Below are positions 1 through 13,179 of a stretch of 64,000 nt of DNA, piece after piece; position 1 is the first letter of the stretch; the number at the start of each line of letters is the position of its first letter. Where the stretch lies: positions 13,082,001 through 13,146,000 of the forward strand of contig OZ024745.1 of the NCBI GenBank assembly GCA_964016885.1, written 5' to 3'. The notes under the pieces are model-generated. The model was given only the letters and a program-made list of their open reading frames with translations, did not search any database and had not been told where the DNA came from. Source of the DNA: Eledone cirrhosa (Eukaryota). The position numbers were made by a program, and so were the translations under genes.

Positions 1-1194
1 GACTAGAAAGAAAGGGTCTCAAAGTCAACATGACAAAGACTAAGGTTCTTGTAAGTAGACGAGAAAACAGAACCCAGATCCCCTCAGGGAAATGGCCTTG
101 CTCAGTATGTAGGAAAGGTGTAGGTACGAACTCCATTCTCTGCCCCAAATGCAAACAATGGGTACACAAGAGATGTAGCGGGATCTCAGGAAGCTTAATT
201 AAGAATGTAGGCTTCACATGCAGCAGCTGTACTGGGACAGCAAGCAGCAAACAGCCACAGGAAACAAGTACCACCAATCTCTGGGAGGGCTCTGTAGAGA
301 CAGTAGACAGCTTCTGCTACCTAGGTGACCGAATTAGCAGCGGAGGTGGGTGTTCAGAAAGTACAATAACTAGGGTAAGAATGGGATGGAAGAAGTTCAG
401 GGAACTACTACCACTGCTAGCTGCAAAAGGCTTCTCCCTCAAAATGAAAGGCAGACTGTATGATGCGTGTATCTGAACAGCAATGTTACATGGTAGTGAG
501 ACCTGGGCGCTGAAGGTGGAAGACTTACGTAGATTAGAGAGAAACGAAGCCTGCATGCTCCGATGGATGTGTAATAGTAATATACGCGAACGACAAAGCA
601 TAAATGAATTGAGAGAGAGACTGAGCATAAGAGGAATCAAATGCTGTGTGCAGGAGAGACGGTTGCGTTGGTATGGACATGTGATGCATGTGAAGGATGA
701 CAGCTGCATAAAAAGGTGCAGAGCACTAGAAGTCAATAGAAACCGCGGAGTGGGGAGACCCAAGATGACCTGGGATGAGGTGATAAAAGCTGACCTTACC
801 CAATTACACCTCTCAAAGGCGATGACACACGACCGTGACCTCTGGCATCACGCAGTAATACAGAGTACCCGACCTCTCATGGGTACAAGCTGAAGCATAT
901 AGACAATATTCCCCCACACCCTCCCACTGCAAGGTGGTCGTGGAGGTGCCACGGCACAAAAACACCCAGCCCACACTGTAAAGTGGACATGTAGGCGCCA
1001 CGAAAAAGCATCCAGCACTCACTGTAAATGAGGTTGGTGTTAGGAAGGGCATCCAGCTGTAGAAATCAAGCCAAATGAGTTCCTGTATGAGCAAGGCATG
1101 GTAAGCCGACCAGACACTGCCCACAACAGGACAACCCGTCTAACCCATGCTAGCATGGAAGAACGGACGTAAAACGGTGATGATGATGATGATG
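1..1194 (+). mobile_element. RTE-clade LINE, 3' part (RT C-terminus with PHD-like Cys/His insert, thumb, 3' UTR, (GAT)n tail); inactivated
   Basis: ORFs 30-476 and 483-893 contain MTKTKVLV, VDSFCYLGD, LHGSETW, RRLRWYGHV and RGVGRPKMTW, with an in-frame TGA at 474-476. Ends in GGACGTAAAACGGTGATGATGATG. Confidence 0.92.
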
Positions 1195-2923
1195 TGTGCA
1201 AGAGACTAGATGGAAAGGAGAGTTTGCTAGAGTGTTTGTAGGCAAAAATCAGTGCTATAAATTTTTCTGGGTGGGAAATGACAATGGGATGGGCGGTGTA
1301 GGTATACTATTAGCTGACAAATGGGTAGATAAGGTAATCTCAGTGAACAGGGTGAACGCAAGAATCATTAAACTCAGCTTAGTCCTGAATAAAACAATTG
1401 CTACAATCATATCAGCTTACGCACCCCAATCGGGGTGCCAGACAAACTTAAGAATAGGTGTTACGAGTCCTTAATGCACACTACTGGCCTAACAAGCAAC
1501 AATGACTTCATAATTATTGCAGGGGACTTTAATGGACATGTTGGGAAACACCGTTACGGCTTCTATAGAGTCCATGGAGGCAATACAAGTCAGGAGCAGT
1601 ATAGTAAATAAGGCAATTAAAGATATGAAGACTGGGAAGGCAAACGGTCCATCGGATATAGCTGCCAAGATGCTGAAAGCATCTGGGTCGGTAGGTCAAA
1701 CCATAACCACACGTATTGTTAACCAGGTAATACTAGAGGGTGTCATACCAAAGGATTGGTGCAGCAGCATCATTGTCAACTGCTACAAGGGTAAAGGAGA
1801 TGCACTAGATAGAAGAAACTATAGAGGTATAAAGCTGATGGACCAGGTCATGAAAGTAATGGAAAGAGTTACAGCACAGTTGATCAGGGACTGGGTAAAA
1901 TTGGATGAGATGCAGTTTGGGCTTGTGCCAGGAAAAAGCACCACTGATGTTCTCTTCCTTCTGAGGCAGTTACAGGAAAAGTACCTAGCTAAAAGTAAGC
2001 CGCTCTACCTTATAGCTGAATCTATGGCAGAACTAAAGAAACAAGCACCACCAAACTCTGGGAGAACTCTGTAGAAACAATAGACAGCTTTTGCTACCTA
2101 GGTGGCTGAATGAGCAGCAGAGGTGGGTGTTCTGAAAGTACAGTAACCAGGGTAACAATGGGATTGAAGAAGTTCAGGGAGCTACTGCCACTGCTAGCTG
2201 CAAAAGGCTTTTCTCTCAAAATGAAAGGCAGACTGTATGATGCATGCATACGAACAGCAATGTTACATGGTAGTGAGACCTGGGCGCTGTCTGTAGAAGA
2301 CTTGCGTAGATTAGAAAGAAACAAAGCTTGCATGCTCCGATGGATGTGTAATAGTAATATACGCAAACAGCAAAGCATAAACGAATTGAGAGAGAGACTG
2401 AGCATAACAGGAATCAAATGCTGTGTGCAGGAGAGGAGGTTGTGTTGGTATGGACATGTGACATGTGTATGAAGGATGAAAGCTACATAAAAAGGTGCAG
2501 AGCACTAGAAGTCAATGGAAGCCGTGGAGTGGGGAGACCCAAGAAGACCTGGGATGAGGTGGTAAAAGCCAACCTTACTCAATTGCACCTCCCAAAAGTG
2601 ATGACACTGGACCGTGACCTCTGGCTTCACACAGTAATACAGAAGACCCGACTTCCCCCGGGTACAAGCCGAAGGTGAAGCATATAGATAATATGCCCCC
2701 ACCCCCTCCCACTGTAAAGTGGTCGTGGAGGTGTCATGACAAAAAAGCACCCAGCACTCACTGTGAGGTTGGTGTTAGGAAGGGCATCCAGCTGTAGAAA
2801 TCAAGCCAAAATCGGTTCCCAACTTAGCAAGATAAGGTCACCCGACCTGGCACTGCCCAAAACAGGACAACTCGTCTAACCCATACTACCGTGGAAGAAT
2901 GGACGTAAAACGGTGATGATGAT
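1195..2923 (+). mobile_element. Second RTE-clade LINE copy, head-to-tail with the first and internally deleted
   Basis: APE endonuclease motifs QETRW, GVGILL, ISAYAPQ and GDFNGH; RT motifs NYRGIKLM and QFGLVPGKSTTD. The YADD region is missing (junction ~2009). Same 3' UTR and (GAT)n tail as the first copy. Confidence 0.9.
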
Positions 2924-3156
2924 ATACATATATATACTGTGTACAGTATATATACACTATATATTATACCCTATATATGATGTCCAAGAGAAAGGCAATG
3001 GCTGATACAGCTTGGCACCAGTGACGTCACAACGTATATATATATATATATACACTATGTATATATTATATATACATTGTGTACAGTATATATACACTAT
3101 ATATATATGTCCAAGAGAAAGGCTATGACCGATACAGCTTGGCACCAGTGACATCA

Positions 3157-3267
3157 CAGCCGAGTAAACTGGAGCAACGTGAAATAAAGTGTCCTGCTCA
3201 AGGACACAACACATCACCCGGTCCGAGAATCGAACTCACCACCAATGCTTTAACCACTAAGCCATGA
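3157..3267 (-). mobile_element. tRNA-derived SINE fragment (second SINE family; also at ~31960-32040 and ~50200-50275)
   Basis: Minus strand has A-box TGGCTTAGTGG and B-box GTTCGATTC. The body CTGGAGCAACGTGAAA...CTCAAGGA recurs in the window. Confidence 0.65.
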
Positions 3268-3702
3268 TACGTTCCAGAACCAACCATGATAGAGAGAGAC
3301 CATAAAGACAACCGTTGTTTTCATAGTTTAAGCCTTAAAATACCTCTCCTACACGCTTTAAGTACATATAAACTCATTAAATCACACTTTGGGATTTAAA
3401 CACCAAAAACAGCCAGTAACGATTGTATAGAAACAACCACCAACTATCATACCACTAGTTAACAATGAGGACGATTGCCAGCCACGGTAGCCACTTGGTA
3501 ATACGCTGCACATCTCCGGTCAATCTATGAAGGGTTTGTAGTAGATTAGAGCAAAACACAATCACAATTTTCTATATATAAAAGAGGAGGAAGAAATATA
3601 TTTTTCCAATGTTATATATATTTTCACTTGTATATAAATACTGGATCGTTGTAGGGTTCACATAATTATATTATTTACAAACATTAATATAAACATTAAG
3701 TA

Positions 3703-3888
3703 TGGCAGGTGGATTGGCAGTATCGGTAGAGGGTCGGACGTCATGCTTTCCAGCATAGTTACGTCCCTTTACGATCTGAGTTCAAATCCAGCCGAGGTTA
3801 ACTTTGCCTTTCATCCTTACGGGGTCGATAAAATAAAGTACCAGTAATGCACTGGGTTATTGCTGGCCTTGTGCCTAAAGTAGAAACA
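3703..3888 (+). mobile_element. Full-length tRNA-derived SINE with 20-bp target-site duplication
   Basis: ATTAATATAAACATTAAGTA at 3683-3702 and 3889-3908; B-box GAGTTCAAATCC. The core GGGGTCGATAAAATAAAGTACCAGT recurs at ~26460-26580, 29350-29450, 39240-39355, 41617-41830, 44800-44920, 44957-45060 and 47215-47330. Confidence 0.85.
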
Positions 3889-3909
3889 ATTAATATAAAC
3901 ATTAAGTAA

Positions 3910-4490
3910 ATCTTTGTTAACTTACCTTCTTCAGATATAATCAATGTGTTGTGTTGTTAGTTTTTACTAAGCAACCAAAGAAATAATCTCTTTGTTATCA
4001 AATTAGAAGTTTCAAAGATGTTATCAGCTTTATTTCACGACATTAACGTTGGTGTATCTTCTTTATCTTTAGTCATAAATTGATATCTTGTTAGAATGAA
4101 GTAGTGAGGCTGACTTTATGTCTTTAGCTACAGATTTGATAGGAAATATATATATATATTAGGTTGATATGTGGTCTAAAATATATATATTGTCTATAAA
4201 TGACTGATAGCAGATGTTCTGGTGAAATAGTAGGTTTACTACTACAGATTGTAATGGAACTCTTAGTAGACACAATTGTAAAGTAAGAATAGATATGACA
4301 GTGTAAGACTGATGTCGGGGAGAGAAAATTGTGTGTATATATATATATAATTGTTACACAAGATATAATTAGATTAATTAAAGTTATAATGAAGACAGCA
4401 GGTACGCGGTGTCGTCGGGAATGATTCAACTTTCGTGTAGGTGTCATACGTTAAAAGTCCCTGATATAATTTAATACCTTCAGACACAGT
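3910..4490 (-). mobile_element. Possible highly degenerate Penelope-like 5' relic
   Basis: Minus-strand peptide FPIKSVAKDIK resembles FQIKNLAKQIQK at 53230-53285. A broken CTGAAGG...GAAA motif lies upstream. Many stops. Confidence 0.3.
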
Positions 4491-4620
4491 TCCAATTATA
4501 TTTAATTTATTGTAAATCAGAAAGTATCACTTAGTAAAATATCAATTATATAACTATAAGAAAACCTGTACGTAGTCTCTCTAACTGCTAGAAATAGCGG
4601 CGATATTATCCATTACAACT

Positions 4621-4735
<115 letters not shown>

Positions 4736-5267
4736 TGCCCCCTCGTTATCGAGTATGGCCATTGCACGAGACAAAACCCCAACAACAACAACAACAATAA
4801 TAATAATATACATATATATATATACACACACGCACACACATAAACATATCTAAACACACATACACACACGATAGCAATTAACAGCGCTGCAATCGAATGT
4901 GGCCTTTTAGCCCAGCCAATGATCTAAAATGTCATGCACAGAGTCGGCAACAAAACATTCACTGGGAATAGCCGGCTGTGGTTGGAGTTCATATACTTTT
5001 ACCTGTCGTTTGAGCCCTCCTGCTGATTTACATTCTCTACCACATGCTTGGCAAGCATGATGAGTAGCATCTCCAACAGCAGTCTGGTAGTTAACCACTG
5101 GTCTTACTTTATGACTGCGAATATGACTTTCGAGTCCAGCTTCGCCGTCTGGAAATGCAACAGCAATGCCCTTCCTCACATCCCGCTTTACTTTCTAGTA
5201 TGCGATTCGAGATGCCTCAAAGGCAACTTTTCCCTCATATACAGTCTGTAGTGGCTGAGATGGTCGC

Positions 5268-8042
5268 TTGGTAGCTAGCAGTTGCCTCCCCTTAACAACC
5301 CTTCAGGGAAGGGAGGCAAAAATACAGCCGGACACAGCCACAGATTTTCTCCACCATTTTTCCTTGTTGGTGGACATTCGCAGACAACGCCTTGTTGATG
5401 CTGAAACAGGCCTTTCTTTCGAGGGTTCAGAGCCGGACGTCGCCACCGTCAGCCCTTCCTTTTTCTTGGCTGAAGTGGGCAACCAGTATCAAAGCCTGCT
5501 GCATTCATTCCCTCAGTTGACGCAGGGAAAGTTACGAATAACTAGCCCGGACCATGCGATTGAACACTTCATATCCACTACAGGTCCACCTGTTTTCTCA
5601 CGTCCTCGAAGATTGTCTACAGAGAAGTTGAAAGCTGCACGTCTTGAATTCGACCACATGCTGGAATTGGGAATAATTCGGCGCTCCACAAGTCCTTGGG
5701 CATCGCCTCTGCATATGGTACCTAGATCTTCTGGGGATTGGAGACCGACGGGTGACTACCGACGCTTAAACGCGATTACTGTGCCTGACCGTTATCCAAT
5801 CCCGCATTTGCAGGATTTTGCGTCGTCATTGCAGGGTTGCAGAATCTTTTCTAAGCTTGATTTGATCCGCGCTTATAACCAAATTCCGGTTAACGAGGAG
5901 GATATCCCAAAGACTGCTATTGCCACTCCTTTCGGATCGTTCGAGTTCCTCACTATGCCTTTCGGCCTTAGAAACGCTGCAAGTACCTTCCAACGATTTA
6001 TGGATGATATTACTCGGGGCCTGGATTTTGTGTACACGTATATCGACGACGTGTTGATTGCTAGTTCTTCCCCTCAGCAGCATTCAAAGCATCTGGATCT
6101 CGTATTTCGTCGTTTACAGATCTATAATGTTCGAATTAATGCTTCCAAGTGTGTTTTCGGCTCGACTTCACTAACATTTTTAGGCCATCTGATTGACGCC
6201 GATGGTATTCAACCTCTTCCTGAGAAGGTTAAGGCAGTATCGGATTTGCCTCCGCCAAGTTCACTGCGTCAATTGCGTCAATTCCTGGGCCTTGTAAATT
6301 TTTATAGGCGATTTGTACCTGGTTGTTCCAAATTGCTGTCCTCGTTGACAGAGATTTTTAAGGGTTGCCCGCGTAAGAATATGGACATTTCCTTAAATGA
6401 AACGCAGCTTGATGATTTTAAAAAAGTGAAAAAGGCGTTAGCGAACGCGTCTTTGCTCGCCCACCCAGTACCCAACGCCGAGCTATCGCTCTGTGTTGAT
6501 GCTTCGGACAGCGCCGTGGGCGCAGTCTTACAGCAGAAGGGTGATGGGGTACAGCAACCACTCGAGTTCTTTTCGAGGAAGTTAAAGCCTGCAGAAACTC
6601 GCTATAGCACCTTTGGAAGGGAGCTATTAGCAATTTATTTATCAGTGAAACATTTTGCTCATGTACTTGAAGGTAGAACATTCACCATTTTCACTGATCA
6701 TAAACCCTTGACGTTTGCTCTTCGAACTAAGGCAGACAAATACTCGCCCAGAGAAACGAGACATCTGGACTTCATCTCACAGTTCACGAACGACATTCAA
6801 CATATTCCGGGTTCTTTGAATACAGCGGCCGATGCGCTGTCTCGCCTGCCGATCGCATCGATTTCGTCTTCCGAGGAGATAGATTTACATCGAATGGCAG
6901 CTGCCCAACCCACTCTCGAATCGTTGGATGTTACATCGCCAGAGTTTGTACATTGCAAACTGAAATACATTCCGATCTCAACTGCTGACGGACAGATACT
7001 GTGTGATGTTTCGTTGGACTCACCACGACCTCTAGTCCCAGTGGAACATCGACGAACTGCGTTTCTCGCTTTACATGGCATTTCTCACCCAGGAGTATCA
7101 GCCTCAGTAAAACTCATAACAGCCAGATTTTTCTGGCCTGGTATGAGACGTGACATTGCTGCTTGGTGTCGTTCCTGTGTCGCTTGCCAACAAGCGAAAG
7201 TTCATAGACATGTTAAGGCTCCTCTCGGAACCTTCACCTGCCCCGATGCAAGATTTCGTCACATTCATGTGGACATCGTCGGCCCGTGGCCGGTTAGTCG
7301 TGGTTTTTCGTATCTTTTGACGATTGTTGACCGTTTTTCGCGTTGGCCTGAAGCCGTCCCTATAACAGATATCACCGCCGAAACCACAGCCCGTACCCTC
7401 GTATCTTCGTGGATCGCTCGTTTCGGTGTACCAACCACCATAACAACAGATCGTGGTCGTCAATTCGAGTCTAACCTCTTCCGAGAGCTAACCCAAATCC
7501 TGGGGGCTACTCGAATAAGAACCACGGCTTACCACCCAGCCTCAAACGGAATGGTGGAAAGATTCCACAGGCAGCTCAAAGCCTCCTTAAGGGCTTCCAT
7601 GAACTCTTCACGTTGGAGCGAGTACCTACCCATTGTATTGTTGGGTATTCGGTCGACGGTAAAGGTGGACCTTGGGTTCTCCTCTGCCGAATTAGTTTAT
7701 GGTACGCCTCTGGCGTTACCGGGGCAAATGCTGGCCCCTTTTGACCTGACTTCGCAGGACCCCGCTTCCTACGTGTCCCGGCTTCACTCTTATTTCAAGG
7801 ATCTACCACCGATGGGCACTAGGAAGCAGACTGTAAAAACTGCCGTCCCAAGGGATATTGCCTTGTGGACACATGTGTTCGTTAGAGACGACGCCGTGAG
7901 ACCCCCTCTTCAACGGCCGTACTCTGGACCCTATCGTGTGCTTGCTCGCACAGACAAACATTTCACACTGGACATTCGGGGTTCCAGGGAAACGGTTTCT
8001 GTTGATCGTCTCAAACGAGCAAACTGGACAATGACACAATGA
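5268..8042 (+). CDS. pol: Gypsy pol polyprotein (protease remnant, RT, RNase H, integrase); N-terminus fused to LTR sequence
   Basis: [14 protein letters not shown] and YIDD (RT); DAS and TDHKPL (RNase H); HHCC finger, DIVGP/TDRGRQF/VERFH DDE triad and GPY motif (integrase). Domain order RT-RH-IN identifies Gypsy. Confidence 0.93.
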   Translation: MVASSCLPLTTLQGREAKIQPDTATDFLHHFSLLVDIRRQRLVDAETGLSFEGSEPDVATVSPSFFLAEVGNQYQSLLHSFPQLTQGKLRITSPDHAIEHFISTTGPPVFSRPRRLSTEKLKAARLEFDHMLELGIIRRSTSPWASPLHMVPRSSGDWRPTGDYRRLNAITVPDRYPIPHLQDFASSLQGCRIFSKLDLIRAYNQIPVNEEDIPKTAIATPFGSFEFLTMPFGLRNAASTFQRFMDDITRGLDFVYTYIDDVLIASSSPQQHSKHLDLVFRRLQIYNVRINASKCVFGSTSLTFLGHLIDADGIQPLPEKVKAVSDLPPPSSLRQLRQFLGLVNFYRRFVPGCSKLLSSLTEIFKGCPRKNMDISLNETQLDDFKKVKKALANASLLAHPVPNAELSLCVDASDSAVGAVLQQKGDGVQQPLEFFSRKLKPAETRYSTFGRELLAIYLSVKHFAHVLEGRTFTIFTDHKPLTFALRTKADKYSPRETRHLDFISQFTNDIQHIPGSLNTAADALSRLPIASISSSEEIDLHRMAAAQPTLESLDVTSPEFVHCKLKYIPISTADGQILCDVSLDSPRPLVPVEHRRTAFLALHGISHPGVSASVKLITARFFWPGMRRDIAAWCRSCVACQQAKVHRHVKAPLGTFTCPDARFRHIHVDIVGPWPVSRGFSYLLTIVDRFSRWPEAVPITDITAETTARTLVSSWIARFGVPTTITTDRGRQFESNLFRELTQILGATRIRTTAYHPASNGMVERFHRQLKASLRASMNSSRWSEYLPIVLLGIRSTVKVDLGFSSAELVYGTPLALPGQMLAPFDLTSQDPASYVSRLHSYFKDLPPMGTRKQTVKTAVPRDIALWTHVFVRDDAVRPPLQRPYSGPYRVLARTDKHFTLDIRGSRETVSVDRLKRANWTMTQ

Positions 8043-8647
8043 CACTTGAAACTCAAATGCCCCCCTCTTTTTCTTTGCCACACAGGCCTATTTCTTCCCC
8101 TCCCCCACCATCAACACACAGAACCACGACCCGTTCTGGGCGAAGGGTGCATTGGCCCCGTAAGCTATGCAGTAATATAAACTGAATTGTATTTTTTTTT
8201 TGTTTGTTTGTTTGTTTTGTTTTGTTATTTTTTTCCTTCCAATTGTTTTTGTTGTACATTGCATTTTGTTACCTTTGGATTCTTGACTGCCTACGGCAGT
8301 GTCAATATATTATATTTTGCGTAACATTACGACTGTTGTCAATTCTGACACAGTCCCTTTTTTTTTAGTGCATTTTTATAACTATGCTACATATGGCATT
8401 TTCATTGCCTAGCAAAACATTTTTTTTCTTGTTTATCGCATCCGGGGCCCCTTTATTGCGAAGAGTGTTATCTTTTCATGCATTTTGCATCTTTTACTGT
8501 ACATTTTTTTTTTGTTTTGTCTGCGTTAATGCTATTTATTATTTTTTTTTTTAATTTTGAATTTGTTGATACATCCTTCTACATTTTGTAAACTACCTTC
8601 GCTTCATTGTTAACGATTTTGCGACAAAAAATCTGCTCCGAGGTGAA

Positions 8648-8912
8648 TGTAGTGGCTGAGATGGTCGCTTGGTAGCTAGCAGTTGCCTCCCCTTAACAAC
8701 CCTTCAGGGAAGGGAGGCAAAAATACACCCGGACACAGCCACAGGTTCACACACTCTTTTTGGACCACGGACATGAACAGACGTGGAAAGACCCGCTCCT
8801 CAAAATATTGACGTTGTAGGAAATTTACTATAATTATTGCATTAAATAAAATGATTGTTAGACTTGATTGTGCATTTATTTATTCGACAAAGAGAAACAT
8901 CACTTTTCTTTA
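8648..8912 (+). repeat. 3' LTR (265 bp) of the Gypsy element
   Basis: Starts TGTAGTGGCTGAG like the 5' LTR; contains AATAAA; ends TTTA immediately before the AGTC duplication. Confidence 0.88.
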
Positions 8913-11900
8913 AGTCTTTCTCCATTTATTACGATCAGCAGCAACATTTTCCCATGTATCAGCAGAGTTGTTAGCGTCTTTCAAAGAGACTTTCAAGGAA
9001 TCCTTATACCTCTTCTTTGGTTTATGTGGCGGTCGTTTTCCTTTAACTAACTCTCCATAAAAGAGTTGTTTTGGTATTCTAGAATCCTTCATTCTGGCAA
9101 GGTGACCACTCCAACGGAGTCGTTGCTTAAGCACAAGAGCTTCTATACAGTCACACAGAGAGCTTTCCAAAATCTCGACACCACTGATGTGGTCCGTCCA
9201 GTGAATGCCATGGATCCGTCTGAGACACATGTGATGGAAACGCTCCAATTGCTTAAGGTGGTGTTGATATGTGACGCAGATCTCGCAGGCATAAAGAAGA
9301 GAAGAGAGCACACATGCCTTGTACACTTTTACCTTTGTCTTCTTGCATATGTCTCGCCGACCCCAACGTCGCCTTTCTAGCTTTCCGAAAGCATCACTTG
9401 CTTTCCTAATCCTGAGTGGGATTTCATTATCAAGGTTGCTGTATCGATTGACAGTGCTTCCCAGGTAGACAAACTGATCAACCACTCCAAGTTGTTTACC
9501 ATACACATAGATATTTGGTTCACTGTACTGCTTACCAGGGGCAGGTTGGTACATGACGACGGTTTTCTTGAGACTGACAGTCAATCCTAGGGTAGTGCAA
9601 GCATCAGAAAATACATTCAAAATGTGCTGCATATCACTCTCTGTGTGCTACAAGATCGCAATCATCTGCATACAAGGTCTCTCATGATTGATGTAAATAC
9701 TTTTGTTTTTGCAGCAAAGCGCCTGATGTTAAATATGCTGCCTGAGGTTCGATATCGGATGTAAACACCATGCTCACAATTCCTGAATGCAATATAGAAA
9801 ACCATTGCAAAGTATATGGCAAACAGGGTCGGTGCTGGAATATCCCCCTGTTTCACTCCATTTTTTACTGAGATAGGCTCCGACACGTTACCTCCGACAT
9901 TAACCCAAGCCTTCATGTCATTATGGAAAGACCTAACTAAAGCAAGGAACTTATCAGGGCAACCAAGTTTCTGGAGAACCTTCCATAATGCATTTCTGTT
10001 AACAGTATCGAAAGCTTTTGTCAGATCGACAAAAACCTGATTCAGATCCAAACCTTGTTCCATGCACTTCTCCAGGAGCTGTCTAGCTGAGAAGATCATA
10101 TCAGTAGTGCCGCGTCCAGCATGAAAACCAGATTGACTTTCAGGAAGAACACAATCTGCAATGTGCGTCAGCAGACGGTCCAGAAGCACCCTACATAAAC
10201 ATTATCCTACGACAGAAAGAAAGGTTATACCTCCGTAGTTTCCACAATCATTCTTGTTACCCTTTAACTTGTACAAGACCACCACTACTTCATCTCTCCA
10301 GTCCTCAGGTACGAATTCACTAGCCCATATCCTTCCAAACAAAGAGTGAAGATGTTGCAGGGATCTCTCACCACCATATTGTAGGAGCTCAGCATGTGCC
10401 ATCCATAACTGGAGACCTTCCACTGTTCAACTTCGAGATAGCCACTGTAACCTCCACAAGCGTCGGAGGTTCTGCGAGAGCTACTTTCACAGGACTTTCT
10501 GGAATGAGATTGAGGAAATCTTCATTGATGACAGACGGCTGGTTCAAAAGCTTATGAAAGTGCTCTCGCCACCTTCGTAGAATTCCTTGTAAGTCACGAA
10601 GAATTTCTTTGCTGCGAAGCGGTGTCATCAGAGAAGAAGACGGTCCATAAACTTCACGCAAGAGACTACAACAGCTTTGTGTTATTGGAATCTGACGCAG
10701 TTTGGATCTCATCAACCTTCTCACTCCACCACTGATCCTTCATCTGAGAAAGACTCTGCCTAACACGTGATTTCACATCCTTGAGTACCTTATGCAACAT
10801 ATTCTTCTCCTGTGGTTTTGCCGTCAAGTAGCGTGACAGAGCACGCCTCTTATCAGCCAAAAAGTCTTCTATATGTTCATCACTCTCATTAAACGAGTCT
10901 TGATGTTTTCTCTGCACCAACCCCAGAACACGCCTGCCTACATCATAAACCCACTTTTTAAGAGTCGGCCAATCCTCACCAAGATCTGCAACCTGCATCT
11001 CTTCTCGCAATGTCCTCTTTACATTTTTATCCCTAAGAGCAACATTCAATATTCTGGGCAGGGCAAAACCAGTAGCCCGGATGTCACGTTTAGTGATTGT
11101 TTCACTTTTGCGCGTACCAGGCGGGGTCCGTCCAGCACTCAGCTCCATGAAGAGCACGAACACACGGCGCTTCCCGTCTGTCACGCGTCCTGACTAGGAC
11201 GTAGTCCAAAAGATGCCATTCCTTAGATGCAGGATGCATCCATGTAGTCTTAAATTTGTTCTTTTGTTGGAACATGGTGTTGGTAACACACAGATCCAGC
11301 TCCTCACACATCTGCAGCAGGAGCATACCATTGTTGTTACACTTTCCCACCCCATGCCTTCCGATTACATTCCATATGTTAAAATCCCTACCTACTCTAG
11401 CATTAAAGTCACCAAGCACGATGACTTTGTCTGCCTGAGGGATATTTCTTAAAACACCTTTCAAGGCATGGTAAAAGGACACTTTTTCTTCATCGACAGA
11501 ATTGATAGTTGGAGCATACACACTCACCAGGGTCGCATATCTTCCTCTGTCCAGCGGAATTCTCATGGACATAAGACGCTCACTAATCCCTACTGGGAAT
11601 TCTTCTAATTTATTCACAAGAACAGTCTTAACAGCAAATGCTACCCCAGCCTCTCTTCTGGTTCCTTCATCTCTTCCTTTCCAGAAGAATGTATATTCTC
11701 CACAAAATTCTGTAAGATGACCATCTCCAGCTAACCTCGTCTCAGATAAAGCTACGATGTCAAGATCGTAACGTCGAAGCTCCTTTGCAACAAGAGTGGT
11801 CCTTCGTTCAGGACGTTCCAAGGAATCCCTGTCAAGCAGCGTCCGTACGTTCCAGCAGCCAAGACTAAATGCCTTGTTTGGCTCTATTACAGTGGTACGA

Positions 11901-12399
11901 TGACGAGCGGACCCAGGCTGTGATAACCTGGGGCTCCTGCCCTTATTGCCAATTATCTCTTTTGTTCCAGAACCCTTATTGCCAATTATCTCTTTTATAT
12001 TGTTTTGGAACATCATTGAATTTGGAAAAAAAAAGTAATAATAATTTTTGTAACACACAACACCACACCAACTGTATCACATGACATCACATGAACTGTA
12101 CCACACTACATACACCAATTATACCACACCACACAGAAGAAGACCACACCACACCAACTGTACCACATGAAACTACACTACAGTATATTATACCACTCTA
12201 CATAACACTGCCTCACACTACAGTACACTACACCGCACTACAATACACTGCACCACCCTACACTACACTACACCATACCACTGTCCACTCTACTACTGCT
12301 GTTTTCTATTTTGCAGGTATGTCCAATTACAGTAAAAGAAAGAAAGTTATTTCAATGGATCTGAGTAAGTAAACACTTCATTGACCATCATTTTAAGGC

Positions 12400-12720
12400 A
12401 TGATCACAGTGTAGTTTTAAATTGACCTCTTGATATCATTACACCTTAGACCTCTATATATGATTACACTTCAGTCTTAAATTAATGACCTCAATTCAGT
12501 TTTACATTAATGACCTATAGATATAATTTCAGTTCAGTCTTAAATTAATGACATATAGATATGTTCTCAGTGCAGTTTTAAACTAATGACATATAGATGT
12601 GGCTACACCTGTCTTATATTAGTGACTTATAGATAAGATTACACCTCTGACTTAACTTAGTGACGTATAGATATTACACCTCTCTCTTAACTTAATGACC
12701 TGTAGATGGATGCTACATGT
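12400..12720. repeat. Degenerate ~38-40 bp tandem repeat (TTAATGACNTATAGATATGATTACACTTCAGTCTTAAA-like)
   Basis: About 7-8 diverged units are visible, with a related unit at ~13080-13140. Confidence 0.6.
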
Positions 12721-13179
12721 AATGTTAAAATTAGTTGATCACTGTCTCCTCCCCTCCTCATCACATGTGGTTGCTACATGTTTATTGTTAATATTAATGT
12801 AATGATGTCTTCCCCCCCACCACTACAACATCATGCCACACCACATCAAACCATACTGTACCTCACCAGACCACTCACCACATGACACCATACTATACCA
12901 GAGTCCGAGAGATCAGCTATATATATTTTTGTTTACATTTTTTTTTATATTTAGATGGAAGAGAAGAAAAAGACCACAACAAAATCAAAGACAACAAAAA
13001 CAAAGAAGGCAAGAAAAATGAAGAAAACAATGAAACGAAGAAGTCAAAGACAATGTAGACGGTGATGACGACGAAAGTATGATTTCAGTTCAATCTTAAC
13101 CTAATGATTTATAGATAAGATCTTAGTTCAGTCTTAACTGACTACTCATATGAGCCGGGGACCTTCAGCTTGCTTACAT

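Larger units (their letters stand above)
5247..8912 (+). mobile_element. Ty3/Gypsy LTR retrotransposon, internally deleted (gag and most of protease lost)
   Basis: Truncated 5' LTR 5247-5343 matches the start of 3' LTR 8648-8912. 4-bp target-site duplication AGTC at 5243-5246 and 8913-8916, confirmed by restoration of the host LINE frame. Confidence 0.95.

Noticed and set aside
5268-5345. Domesticated LTR-pol fusion gene
   Set aside because: The ORF start is a TTG inside the LTR and the nearby ATG (5260) is out of frame. The open frame is explained by the young age of the insertion.
5826-8081. Minus-strand ORFs over the Gypsy pol, and antisense ORFs over the LINEs
   Set aside because: These are shadow frames of recognisable retroelement coding sequence.
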